From sequence record OK905446.1: a stretch of DNA of 64,000 nucleotides; one strand, written 5' to 3'. The notes under the pieces are model-generated. The model had not been told where the DNA came from and ran no database searches. It saw nothing but the letters and a program-made list of their open reading frames with translations. Positions 44,333 through 52,905 of the stretch are shown piece after piece. The translations under genes were made by a program, and so were the position numbers. The stretch's first letter is position 1. The number at the start of each line of letters is the position of its first letter.

Positions 44333-44839
44333 CTAAACGGGAACTTGTGTTGTACGTGTTGTATTGTATGCGGTCGAACGGCTGGTATTATACGTCGTTG
44401 TCCACGTTGTAGTGTAACCAGTTGAACGAGTTGTGTTGTACGACGTTGAACGAGTTGTACTTCTAGATGTTGCATACGTCGTGCTGTAACTACCTTTTGT
44501 TACCGATGTTGTTACAGTCGTGTTGTAAGTGGTAGTATATGTCGTTGTTCTCGTTGACTGATACGTGGTATTTCGAGTAGTTGAACGTGACGTTGAATTC
44601 GACGTTGAATACGTTGTACTACGTGATGTCGAATACGTTGTACTACGTGATGAAAGACGATAGACGCCACGCAAGTTAGCTAAACTTATCGCGCCTGATG
44701 TTGGCACGTGGTTATTTTCAGTAATGTTCGGAACGATACCACCACCTCGGTAATACTGAGACAGCGAAGCAGCGCCGGTTTTGCTGAAATAATCACGCAC
44801 GGTACCAATTGAAATAGCACCAGTTGTAGGTGTTGGCAT
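44333..44839 (-). CDS. Thr/Ser-rich tetrapeptide-repeat protein with a phage fibre-tip-like N-terminal domain
   Basis: N-terminus GAISIG...SLSQYYRGG...VPTSGAISL; C-terminal 106 aa contain 66 Ser/Thr; 24-nt tandem repeat at 44607-44652. Confidence 0.8.
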   Translation of the reverse strand: MPTPTTGAISIGTVRDYFSKTGAASLSQYYRGGGIVPNITENNHVPTSGAISLANLRGVYRLSSRSTTYSTSRSTTYSTSNSTSRSTTRNTTYQSTRTTTYTTTYNTTVTTSVTKGSYSTTYATSRSTTRSTSYNTTRSTGYTTTWTTTYNTSRSTAYNTTRTTQVPV

Positions 44840-44870
44840 GTTAGTAATTCCTTATTAGTCCATATAGAAC

Positions 44871-44878
44871 TATTTATG
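44871..44878 (-). promoter_or_regulatory. late promoter CATAAATA
   Basis: Same box as before both tail fibre genes; 31 nt upstream of ATG 44839. Confidence 0.7.
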
Positions 44879-44908
44879 CGAGTTGACTGTCCAACCCGCA
44901 CTAGGAAA

Positions 44909-45757
44909 TTACTGCTTAGATTTAGCTTGAATATGTTTGGCTAGTCGTGCATAGTCTTGAGTTGTCCACATTTGCGGAAACTGAGATTTCAATACTTCAG
45001 CTTGTTTGTATTCTTCTGCGCTCACGATTTGAGATTTCGCAATACGCTGTGGATACTTTGAAGCATTCAATGCATAACAGTAATCATCATCGAACGGGTC
45101 GTCACCGATAATATAATGCTTTTCGTTCGCATGATAAACATGTTCTGGATCAAAAAGCTGAATCTTATGCGCTTCAACAAAATCAAGATCTACAAGTGCC
45201 GCAGCTTCTTCAGCTTCTGCAATTGCTGCCTCAAGTTCGTCGTCAGTTACACCATGTTCGTTATGATTAACCGGATCAGGTCGACCTTCGGCAAAACCTT
45301 GAGAGTCGTCGAACAACTCAACTGCTTGAAGTTCAGCAAGTGCTAGATGCACGTCAGTTGAATCAATGTATTGAGCATTCAACGATACAAGATCAGGTCG
45401 CCAGAATTTCACATCATCAAGATTGCCGAGATAATGCGACTGACATTTGCCAATCTCGTTTGTTGATGTCTTGTATTCAACTGGCAGGTCGCCGAGTACT
45501 GGTTCATTGAACCCGATGTCACGCCAATGAAACTCACGAACAACCCATGATGGTAGTACTGACTTGTTATAAACATCACCTGTTCGAACTTCAGGACAGT
45601 TGCGCCATTCACGCACTGAGCTTTCGTCGTTGTTTGCATTAGAGATAATGTCAAACGGGTGCATTTTGATTCTTAGTTCTTCGATTGCCTGATGTGTGTG
45701 TAGCATATGATTCTCACTTATTAAGTTCAACTTCAAGTTGATGCATTTTACATTCAA
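44909..45757 (-). CDS. hypothetical protein
   Basis: Long ORF; start may be at 45706. Confidence 0.75.
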   Translation of the reverse strand: MNVKCINLKLNLISENHMLHTHQAIEELRIKMHPFDIISNANNDESSVREWRNCPEVRTGDVYNKSVLPSWVVREFHWRDIGFNEPVLGDLPVEYKTSTNEIGKCQSHYLGNLDDVKFWRPDLVSLNAQYIDSTDVHLALAELQAVELFDDSQGFAEGRPDPVNHNEHGVTDDELEAAIAEAEEAAALVDLDFVEAHKIQLFDPEHVYHANEKHYIIGDDPFDDDYCYALNASKYPQRIAKSQIVSAEEYKQAEVLKSQFPQMWTTQDYARLAKHIQAKSKQ

Positions 45758-46418
45758 TGATTAGCTTACGTGCGTCTGAGCCGTCGGCTTGCGTCAATGG
45801 CTTGCCAGCTTGGGTAAGCGTCAACAATTTCGTTTTAGCACGGTTACAGTCGCGTGCAGACTCGATTAAGTAATCATACTCGTGCGGATCAAGTAATTCA
45901 ACCGTCGCGTCGTTGACATCGTTGAGCGTTTTGATTTGCGTCGATTGTGCTTCAGCTTCACGACGAACTAGGTCAGCTTTCATTTCAAGCTCTTCAATTC
46001 TCGCGGCTGCTTCGTCGAGTGATTCTGGCTTAACATAACCACATTGCTCATTCAAGCTAATCCCGTACTGAGAACGCCACTGATTGTTGAACGTACGTTC
46101 GTATGTGTTGCGAATGCCTTCTTCCGATTTACCAATCGCTGCAATCACGTCACAGAACGGGATTTTACTGTCGTCGCGACGTACAGCACTTTCACCGTAT
46201 TTGTTTCGAGTTGCAAGAGCCCGCCATGTTTCTTTGTACAAGTAGTTGCTACCGTCAGCGTCTGCTAACCAGTAGTTAATCATTTCTCGCTCTTTAGCAT
46301 TGACTACTTTTTCAACGACCTTGAATGTCGGGTCAGTTTTGTCTTTAAGCGTTGGGGCAGGCTTACTACAACCAGCAAGTGTTGCAACTGCTAACGCGAC
46401 TAGAATTGCTCTTTTCAT
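45714..46418 (-). CDS. lipoprotein, paralogue of 32573-33292
   Basis: Lipobox TLAGC; shared motifs with the paralogue. Confidence 0.8.
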   Translation of the reverse strand: MKRAILVALAVATLAGCSKPAPTLKDKTDPTFKVVEKVVNAKEREMINYWLADADGSNYLYKETWRALATRNKYGESAVRRDDSKIPFCDVIAAIGKSEEGIRNTYERTFNNQWRSQYGISLNEQCGYVKPESLDEAAARIEELEMKADLVRREAEAQSTQIKTLNDVNDATVELLDPHEYDYLIESARDCNRAKTKLLTLTQAGKPLTQADGSDARKLIIECKMHQLEVELNK

Positions 46419-46497
46419 CTAATACTCCTAATATTACTAACTTCACTAAAACCACTAATACTACTAAGATGAGACGGAATTTTTCCGCCTCTTTGGT

Positions 46498-46914
46498 TTA
46501 TTTCGCTTCGCTTTTCTCGATTAAACGACCACTCAAGTCTGTTACACCGTAGACGAAATCGTTGTTGAATGCTTCCCAATCGTAGAATGCTTCATGGTGT
46601 TCACACAAATCAAAACCATCGTACGTGTTAAGCTTCTTCGTTGAAATGCTACTGTAAATCAAGTTTTGTTTCTTCAGCGACAATATCTTGTTGATCAAAG
46701 ACATGTCACTGCAAGTTCCAGAATAATTGTACTCGTCGTATACAATTTTGATATTGCGACGATCATGTTTGTTAACTAGAACAACTGCACGACACTTGAT
46801 GTCACCATCACTATGCCATTTGCTATCAGTCACTGAAAATGATTGCTGCTTGGTATATCCTGCAACTCTCCATTCAGGGTCACCGGATATAGAATACCAG
46901 ATTTTCTTTAACAT
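46498..46914 (-). CDS. hypothetical protein
   Basis: GAGG RBS. Confidence 0.7.
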   Translation of the reverse strand: MLKKIWYSISGDPEWRVAGYTKQQSFSVTDSKWHSDGDIKCRAVVLVNKHDRRNIKIVYDEYNYSGTCSDMSLINKILSLKKQNLIYSSISTKKLNTYDGFDLCEHHEAFYDWEAFNNDFVYGVTDLSGRLIEKSEAK

Positions 46915-46923
46915 ATTGACCTC

Positions 46924-47172
46924 TTAAAGTGTGATGCGAGTATGACGACCGTCAAACTCAGTTTTAAGACCTGCATGGCGAAGAAGAGATTCTAAGTCAG
47001 CTAGATTTGGTACAGTGTACTTGCCGGATTCGCGTAGAACACGTGCGTAGTCTGATACGAAGTTATCTGAGCCAGCTTTCATTGCGTACTCAATAACAAA
47101 GTTCGTGAATACGCCGGCTGCTTGCTCGTTCTCGTCCCACCACATTAGAAGTTTTCGTAGATTGATTTTCAT
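46924..47172 (-). CDS. hypothetical protein
   Basis: First gene after promoter cassette. Confidence 0.75.
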   Translation of the reverse strand: MKINLRKLLMWWDENEQAAGVFTNFVIEYAMKAGSDNFVSDYARVLRESGKYTVPNLADLESLLRHAGLKTEFDGRHTRITL

Positions 47173-47202
47173 AATGTTCTCTTTTTTTGTTTAACTCGTC
47201 AT

Positions 47203-47250
47203 TTGATGTAGCTATAATACAGAAAGTGGCTGCATAGAGCAACCACTTTT
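47203..47250 (-). promoter_or_regulatory. promoter/terminator hybrid cassette
   Basis: TTGCTC-N17-TATTAT within hairpin AAGTGGTTGC/GCAGCCACTT. Confidence 0.8.
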
Positions 47251-47256
47251 CTTCAA

Positions 47257-47586
47257 TTAGTGTAAAATAACGTACATTGTTACCAAACTAGCTGCATGTA
47301 AGAACTGGTCTAAGCCAATGACTTGGAAGAACTTACGAGTTTCACCTTTCGCCCAAAGTGAGCTTGTCATTTTTGAAGTCGCATAGTCAACGACCATATG
47401 CATCATGCCAGTTAAGATTGCAAACACGATACCGAATGGCAAGAAACAGATTGCATACGTGATGCAGTGTCTTGCTAATGGCCAAATGTTTTTGCTCTTG
47501 TTTAACGCTTGATGTTCAGTCTGTACGAAGAAATCAGCGATAAAATGCACTGCGAACAGTGCAAGTAAAGTCGTTAAACTGATCAT
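47257..47586 (-). CDS. DUF3307 membrane protein
   Basis: HFIADFFVQ...K, H...D, GLDQFLH. Confidence 0.8.
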   Translation of the reverse strand: MISLTTLLALFAVHFIADFFVQTEHQALNKSKNIWPLARHCITYAICFLPFGIVFAILTGMMHMVVDYATSKMTSSLWAKGETRKFFQVIGLDQFLHAASLVTMYVILH

Positions 47587-48053
47587 TCAATCACCTTTAG
47601 TGGTTCGAATCGAACAGAATCTTCTTTGGTAGCCCATGCTTGATAAACACGCGCTTTCGAGTTTTCAGTTTCGATGCGTTTCTTAATTGCTGATTCGGCT
47701 AACGAACGTGCTTCGCTTTCTGTTTTAGCACACCAGCCGCTTGGTTTCCAATTATCGAAGATAATACCTTCGTTGAGTTCTTGCGTGTACCAGTAGTAAC
47801 CGTTACCTAAATCACCACAGTCACGTCCGTAGTCTTTGTTGTATTCATAGACTACACGATATTTCAACAATGGCTTTTCAGCTAATGGATCGGACTGAAT
47901 CACTTTAGTGCCGATTACGCCTAGCGCAACTGCGATTGCAAGTGATACAAGTGGCTTTGCTTTTACGAATTCATTCAATTTTTCTAACATTGTTTTACTC
48001 TCTTGTTGTGGTTCTGGTTGATTGACTGGTATACCGTTTTCGTAGATGATCAT
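47583..48053 (-). CDS. single-pass membrane hypothetical protein
   Basis: TM helix; ATGA overlap. Confidence 0.7.
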   Translation of the reverse strand: MIIYENGIPVNQPEPQQESKTMLEKLNEFVKAKPLVSLAIAVALGVIGTKVIQSDPLAEKPLLKYRVVYEYNKDYGRDCGDLGNGYYWYTQELNEGIIFDNWKPSGWCAKTESEARSLAESAIKKRIETENSKARVYQAWATKEDSVRFEPLKVIE

Positions 48054-48532
48054 AATTTCAAATCTGAGTAATTGATGATTACCATCGACGTGTGAATGTA
48101 CGACTGTGCAAGCTGACCGTTGTCTTCTGAATAGTTGTACGTGAATGCGTAACCTTCAGTGTGCTGGTGCTTAGTAATACCAGTCACTCGTACAATCTCT
48201 TCACCACCTTTGAATGGCTTACCGGATTTCTTGACAACTTGCTTGCCGATTGCGTGCAACGGATCGTTGATTTCGCAAAGCGTTTTGTCGATTCGTTTCT
48301 CAACGCGACTGATCTCAGCTAAGATTTTGTCGTTCATTTCGTCGCGCTTCTGCCACATGTATTGAATGTTGTCTGGCAACGCTGACATAACACGCTGACC
48401 ACGATGCGACAAATCATCGTTTAACGCTTCTTGAAACGTAATGTCAGTGTCAAACAAACCAACGGCTGTGCGTGTTCTCAGCATTTGACGTGTCATTTCT
48501 TCTTGTGATTTCATTTCCAAAACTCCCACCAA
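48050..48532 (-). CDS. hypothetical protein
   Basis: Operon packing; start uncertain. Confidence 0.65.
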   Translation of the reverse strand: MVGVLEMKSQEEMTRQMLRTRTAVGLFDTDITFQEALNDDLSHRGQRVMSALPDNIQYMWQKRDEMNDKILAEISRVEKRIDKTLCEINDPLHAIGKQVVKKSGKPFKGGEEIVRVTGITKHQHTEGYAFTYNYSEDNGQLAQSYIHTSMVIINYSDLKL

Positions 48533-48984
48533 CGTTTATCTTTTTTAGGTACATCGGCGTAATCAACACCGATTCTGCGGTCTCTATTCTTACGACGTTC
48601 ACTAGAAGATGTTTCACATTCTGCTTGAGTGTGCGTCGGTTTATAAGCTGCTTTCTTCGGCTTGAATTTATTTGCAATTTGTTCTTGAGTGCGAGTCTTC
48701 TTAAATTGCATTGCTTCATCATAAGCTTCACGCAACTGTCTTGCTTGCTCGTACGTGAATACCTTTTCAGTTGTATTCCCATTCCAGATTTCACAGAAGT
48801 TACTAAGCCAAAGGGAAACCCCGTTTTCGAAGTTGACGCGAAACGTCGTAGTTTCAAATTTATCGGGTGTCTCTCGCATAACACGACACATTTCATCGAC
48901 TGTATCTTGCATGATATGACGCTCTGGTTTAGCAGGCGAGCGACCTTCAAGTTCGTAATCTGACCAACCTTTACTCATTTTCAA
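48511..48984 (-). CDS. hypothetical protein
   Basis: Operon packing; ends WWEFWK. Confidence 0.7.
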   Translation of the reverse strand: MKMSKGWSDYELEGRSPAKPERHIMQDTVDEMCRVMRETPDKFETTTFRVNFENGVSLWLSNFCEIWNGNTTEKVFTYEQARQLREAYDEAMQFKKTRTQEQIANKFKPKKAAYKPTHTQAECETSSSERRKNRDRRIGVDYADVPKKDKRWWEFWK

Positions 48985-49396
48985 CCTCTATTTTAATTTC
49001 GTGAAGATAATTCTTCGGGGAATTACCAAACTGTTCACCGTAACCTAAACGCACGTGATACACCGTTTCAGTTGATTCAATGACAATGTGACGGTTTAAT
49101 CGTCTCATGTATGCGTTGTTATAACGATCTGAGATAGACTGATTAACAACTGAAATTACATGTTGTAGATCGTCGTGATGAAACTCAGGCAGTTCTTCAC
49201 CGTCTTTTTGAACACCCCACAATTTGTAAGTTCCACGTATTGTTTTTGTATTTGCCCAATGCTCTTCACCATGAAGAATCATTGATGCTGTCCAATCAGC
49301 ACTGTGTTCGATGTCGCCTACAGTGAGGCGACTAACGTCTTTCTTCATAATTACTTCCTGAAAATTTGAAATGATGCACATGCATATGGCGACCAC
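48971..49396 (-). CDS. hypothetical protein
   Basis: Real start probably MKKDV at about 49348. Confidence 0.65.
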   Translation of the reverse strand: MVAICMCIISNFQEVIMKKDVSRLTVGDIEHSADWTASMILHGEEHWANTKTIRGTYKLWGVQKDGEELPEFHHDDLQHVISVVNQSISDRYNNAYMRRLNRHIVIESTETVYHVRLGYGEQFGNSPKNYLHEIKIEVENE

Positions 49397-49680
49397 GACG
49401 GCTTGAACTCAGCAACGTAATCATCTGGAAGCATGTCGTTAAACTCGCGTAGAACGCTCTCAATCGCTTTCTGAGACGTTTTTCGACTAATCCCAACAAA
49501 GCGTACGCTCTTACCGTCAACGTTGCTACGATGCGTTGACGTGCGTTTCTCGCGGTACAGTTTATGATAACCAATATTGTTAGTTCGAAGCACTTCTTTA
49601 AAGAGCTTTGTAACAAGATCATTTGATGATACAGAAGCGTGACCGAAGTGCGTGTCGCTCATTACAGTGATTGTAGTCAT
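49351..49680 (-). CDS. hypothetical protein
   Basis: First gene after early promoter. Confidence 0.75.
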   Translation of the reverse strand: MTTITVMSDTHFGHASVSSNDLVTKLFKEVLRTNNIGYHKLYREKRTSTHRSNVDGKSVRFVGISRKTSQKAIESVLREFNDMLPDDYVAEFKPSWSPYACASFQIFRK

Positions 49681-49717
49681 AATTTTCTCTCTTTCTGTGT
49701 TTCGTTTCTATAGACAC

Positions 49718-49746
49718 ATATTAGGCAAATTTTAAACACTCGTCAA
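49718..49746 (-). promoter_or_regulatory. early promoter
   Basis: TTGACG-N17-TAATAT with upstream A tract. Confidence 0.75.
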
Positions 49747-49775
49747 TAACTTTTTCAATTATTTTCTTCAGACCT

Positions 49776-49802
49776 AAAAAAGCCCCAATTAAGGGGCTTT
49801 CG
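49776..49802 (-). terminator. intrinsic terminator
   Basis: 25 nt identical to 3000-3024. Confidence 0.8.
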
Positions 49803-50174
49803 TTATCGCCAATCTTTGAAAGAATCGTATGGCGTTTTCTCGATGTTAAAAACATTCTGACCGTAGATTCGATTTACTTTATCTACAGACCAACCTTTGA
49901 GAAACTTGTGAATGTACTCGCGTGGGATAATCTGATCTATCATGCAGTATCGGATGCTTGAATTGTAGTTCACTGGCGAGTCGTCAAGCATATCAAGTTC
50001 GTAATCTCGATTGCCGAATTGATCTTCTTTCAATAGCAAGCGACATTTCACTTGTGGTCGTCTAGTAGTCACTGTCCATAAATCTACCGTCTCTGAACGA
50101 CCGACGACAACCCACTTGCGCTTAGACACCATACTTTTTAGAATCTTGATCATTATACACCTCTTTGAACACAC
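49803..50174 (-). CDS. hypothetical protein
   Basis: Operon packing. Confidence 0.65.
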   Translation of the reverse strand: MCSKRCIMIKILKSMVSKRKWVVVGRSETVDLWTVTTRRPQVKCRLLLKEDQFGNRDYELDMLDDSPVNYNSSIRYCMIDQIIPREYIHKFLKGWSVDKVNRIYGQNVFNIEKTPYDSFKDWR

Positions 50175-50379
50175 GCTTTTTATGAAGCTCTTTTATGTGC
50201 TTGATTTGTAGAAATTGCACTAGCTCTTCTGGCGTGTCGCGCTCAACGATGTAGTCACCACCGTAACCGTTATCGCGCTTGACGTGTCGCCAGAATGGAA
50301 AGTACCATGTTTTAAACTGCATACGATAATAAATTCGACCGTATCCGTCTTCACACTTTACTATTCTTTGCTTCATCAC
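50122..50379 (-). CDS. hypothetical protein
   Basis: GAGG RBS. Confidence 0.65.
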   Translation of the reverse strand: MMKQRIVKCEDGYGRIYYRMQFKTWYFPFWRHVKRDNGYGGDYIVERDTPEELVQFLQIKHIKELHKKRVFKEVYNDQDSKKYGV

Positions 50380-50659
50380 GCAACCTCATGCATCTTTGAG
50401 TATTCCACCATCGATCTTTCTCTTCTCGAACGATGTTCCATTTGCTGACATGCTTCAGCAAATCTTTCCAACCGCGGTCATCACTCTTTTTAGGTACGGG
50501 AATGCTCGATGTGACTCGATGCATATCTTGACCGCAGTGTTGGCAAGTACAACTTGGTCGATCTCTCTCCCATGTCGTACAAGCAATCGAGATCTCTCGT
50601 TTTGTCGTTCTGCAATCGAAGCAGACTAACGTAGTACTAGGCATTACGATTCCAACCAT
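50351..50659 (-). CDS. zinc-finger-like hypothetical protein
   Basis: CFDC...CQHC. Confidence 0.65.
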   Translation of the reverse strand: MVGIVMPSTTLVCFDCRTTKREISIACTTWERDRPSCTCQHCGQDMHRVTSSIPVPKKSDDRGWKDLLKHVSKWNIVREEKDRWWNTQRCMRLRDEAKNSKV

Positions 50660-51171
50660 TTCAACGTGCGTTCTAAACGCTTCGGGTTAAACCAGTTGTT
50701 GATGAAGTCTTTGCAATTGCTCTGACCTTGTTTCTTCACACCACAGAAACGATGCTGATAAGACTTCTTGATGACTTTTTCACCACAACCGGGACATTCG
50801 AATTCATCACCGATATTCATTTCATCGGCAATCATATAGCGAGTCTTTGCAAGCTTCTTGCGTGCTGCATCTGACATACCAACATCTTGCATTAGATGGT
50901 TCTGATATACCTTGTGTCTAGCAACGTCAGGGTAGTTCTCGAATGTAATATCGAGATACCGTACTGATTGTTGTGACATTGCTTGTAGCAACTCGCGTTT
51001 GATTCGGAACATGTCGAACATATCATCTACGGGGTGCAATGAAATGTGCTCGTCTTCATCTTCTAAAACGTTACGGGGTGTAACGTCTCGTTTTGTTAGT
51101 TCACCAACCAATTGCTCAAGCTGGTGAACTCGCTTCTTTAACGCTAGGATTTCTGCTCGGTAACTATTCAT
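50644..51171 (-). CDS. hypothetical protein with C-terminal Cys motif
   Basis: CPGC...FC...NC. Confidence 0.75.
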   Translation of the reverse strand: MNSYRAEILALKKRVHQLEQLVGELTKRDVTPRNVLEDEDEHISLHPVDDMFDMFRIKRELLQAMSQQSVRYLDITFENYPDVARHKVYQNHLMQDVGMSDAARKKLAKTRYMIADEMNIGDEFECPGCGEKVIKKSYQHRFCGVKKQGQSNCKDFINNWFNPKRLERTLKWLES

Positions 51172-51178
51172 GATTAAC

Positions 51179-51793
51179 CTATGCTATGATGTCTTGGATG
51201 CGAGTCATATATTGCATTGTCAATACTATTCGCGTCGTGTCTTTCTCAGACATCTTAGCAGGCGCATGTAATATATCGCCGTTGAATAGTGCAATCAAAC
51301 CACGCTTGTGTTTCATCGTGTATACAAGCTGATTCACATCATCATTAGCGTAGAAATGCGTGCCTTCGTCTGAATACCCACATGGCATGTACAGAATCGT
51401 CATTTTAGCATCACGGTGATACAGAAGATTTCCACGCGCATTATCGTAGTAATGTGGCTTGTATCGGTGTATTCTCTCGCGAGAAAATAATGGCTTTAGT
51501 TCTTCGATTGTGAATTCGTGATTGAACTCACCTTTGATGAAATCGAGAACGTGCTGAAGAAGCTGCGTTGATAACTCGGTTAGCTCTTCATCGTCTGCAA
51601 GCTCGAACATATCACCTTGCAATATCGCGTCACGATCTTTAACATGATGGCAAAACTCAAAGATATTATCACCATGTTGCCAATCAAGTTCTTTATTGAG
51701 TGCGATTTCAAACGAATCGACCAACTCAGGTGGCAATAGATCTTCAATCAACACGAATGAACAACCATCAACTTTAAATTTTTCGTATTTCAT
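51179..51793 (-). CDS. 2OG-Fe(II) oxygenase
   Basis: YHRD, GTHF, ILHAP, RIVL (HxD...H...R). Confidence 0.85.
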   Translation of the reverse strand: MKYEKFKVDGCSFVLIEDLLPPELVDSFEIALNKELDWQHGDNIFEFCHHVKDRDAILQGDMFELADDEELTELSTQLLQHVLDFIKGEFNHEFTIEELKPLFSRERIHRYKPHYYDNARGNLLYHRDAKMTILYMPCGYSDEGTHFYANDDVNQLVYTMKHKRGLIALFNGDILHAPAKMSEKDTTRIVLTMQYMTRIQDIIA

Positions 51794-52422
51794 GCGATTA
51801 CTTCTCTAATCGGCTTCATATGGGGTGGGAACACAAACTGCCATACCATTTTGTAGCGATACTCATCTAACGGTGATGGTCTCGCGCTACAATGCATAAT
51901 ATCACTTGCATTGAAGATAGCAACCGATCCGCGCTTGTGTTCAAGCGTGTGAATGTGCTTGTTTCTATCACCGTCCGCATAGAAATACGTACCTTCATCG
52001 TTCTGGTCGCAAGGCATATACATGAATGTCACACCTTTGCTGTCATAGTGAAACAACATTTCATCGTTTGCATGTTCATAGTATGACGTATTGAATCGAA
52101 ATGCATATTCCCAAACGTTGATCTTACGCAGTTCGTCTTTATCATACTTGCAGTCAAATTCAGATTCAATGATCTCTAGAATTCGTTCAAGAATGGATTC
52201 AGCAAGTTCAGCAAATACGCCAGTACGCAATGGGTATTGGTCACCTTGCAATACTGCCGTTTTGTCTTTGACAATCGTATTGAACTCGAAGATATTATCA
52301 GCATGATCCCACGAAGGGATGTTTTTAAGCGTGTGTTCAATCAGATCGACGACTTCAGGTTCTAGAAAGTCGTCAATGCGAATGAATGGCTTACCGTCAA
52401 CTTGAAATTTATTGATTTTCAT
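51790..52422 (-). CDS. 2OG-Fe(II) oxygenase, tandem paralogue
   Basis: FHYD, GTYF, IMHCS, RYK; shared DNIFEF and LQGD motifs. Confidence 0.85.
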   Translation of the reverse strand: MKINKFQVDGKPFIRIDDFLEPEVVDLIEHTLKNIPSWDHADNIFEFNTIVKDKTAVLQGDQYPLRTGVFAELAESILERILEIIESEFDCKYDKDELRKINVWEYAFRFNTSYYEHANDEMLFHYDSKGVTFMYMPCDQNDEGTYFYADGDRNKHIHTLEHKRGSVAIFNASDIMHCSARPSPLDEYRYKMVWQFVFPPHMKPIREVIA

Positions 52423-52905
52423 TTATTCACCGAATGTTATTGCTCTGTTCTGTGTTGGGTTAGCAAAACGGATTAAATGGCTGAACTTCAAAATAACTTC
52501 ATCTTGGCTGAAGTAGTAACCGCCGATAAAACAACCATTATCATGGTGTGGTCGTAATGAAACACTCATCAAGCGACTACCTGCAAGCTCTTCACACTTA
52601 TCAATTGCAGCAGCAGTATCCCAAAGATTACCATGAAATTCTTCATAGTGATAACCTTTATTCTTAAATACAATACCACCTTTCATACGTAGCTTAAACG
52701 TACGACCGCCAAATCCGCCCTTCTCACCGATTGTGAAGTGACGCCAAACGCCGTCTGTGTTACTAATTAGAAAGCGTCCATGACGTTCGTAAATAGCTTC
52801 ACGAGGTAAACGGTCTACGATTAGATTAAAGCAGCCTTGCGCGATAGGTTCACCACACATCATCCCTGTGGATAAGTTGTTAATATGAATTGCATAGACT
52901 TTCAT
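52423..52905 (-). CDS. hypothetical protein
   Basis: GFGGRTF, LWD motifs; operon packing. Confidence 0.75.
   Translation of the reverse strand: MKVYAIHINNLSTGMMCGEPIAQGCFNLIVDRLPREAIYERHGRFLISNTDGVWRHFTIGEKGGFGGRTFKLRMKGGIVFKNKGYHYEEFHGNLWDTAAAIDKCEELAGSRLMSVSLRPHHDNGCFIGGYYFSQDEVILKFSHLIRFANPTQNRAITFGE

Noticed and set aside
44333-44839. T/S-rich ORF as a classical RiPP precursor
   Set aside because: No leader/core layout, protease or transporter; N-terminus and late promoter fit a structural protein better
48450-48963. Three long overlapping frames at 48450-48984
   Set aside because: Only 48511-48984 fits operon packing and has an RBS; the others are shadows
3000-49800. Identical 25-nt terminators at 3000-3024 and 49776-49800
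   Set aside because: Short hairpin reuse is common in T4-like genomes; no other shared flanks
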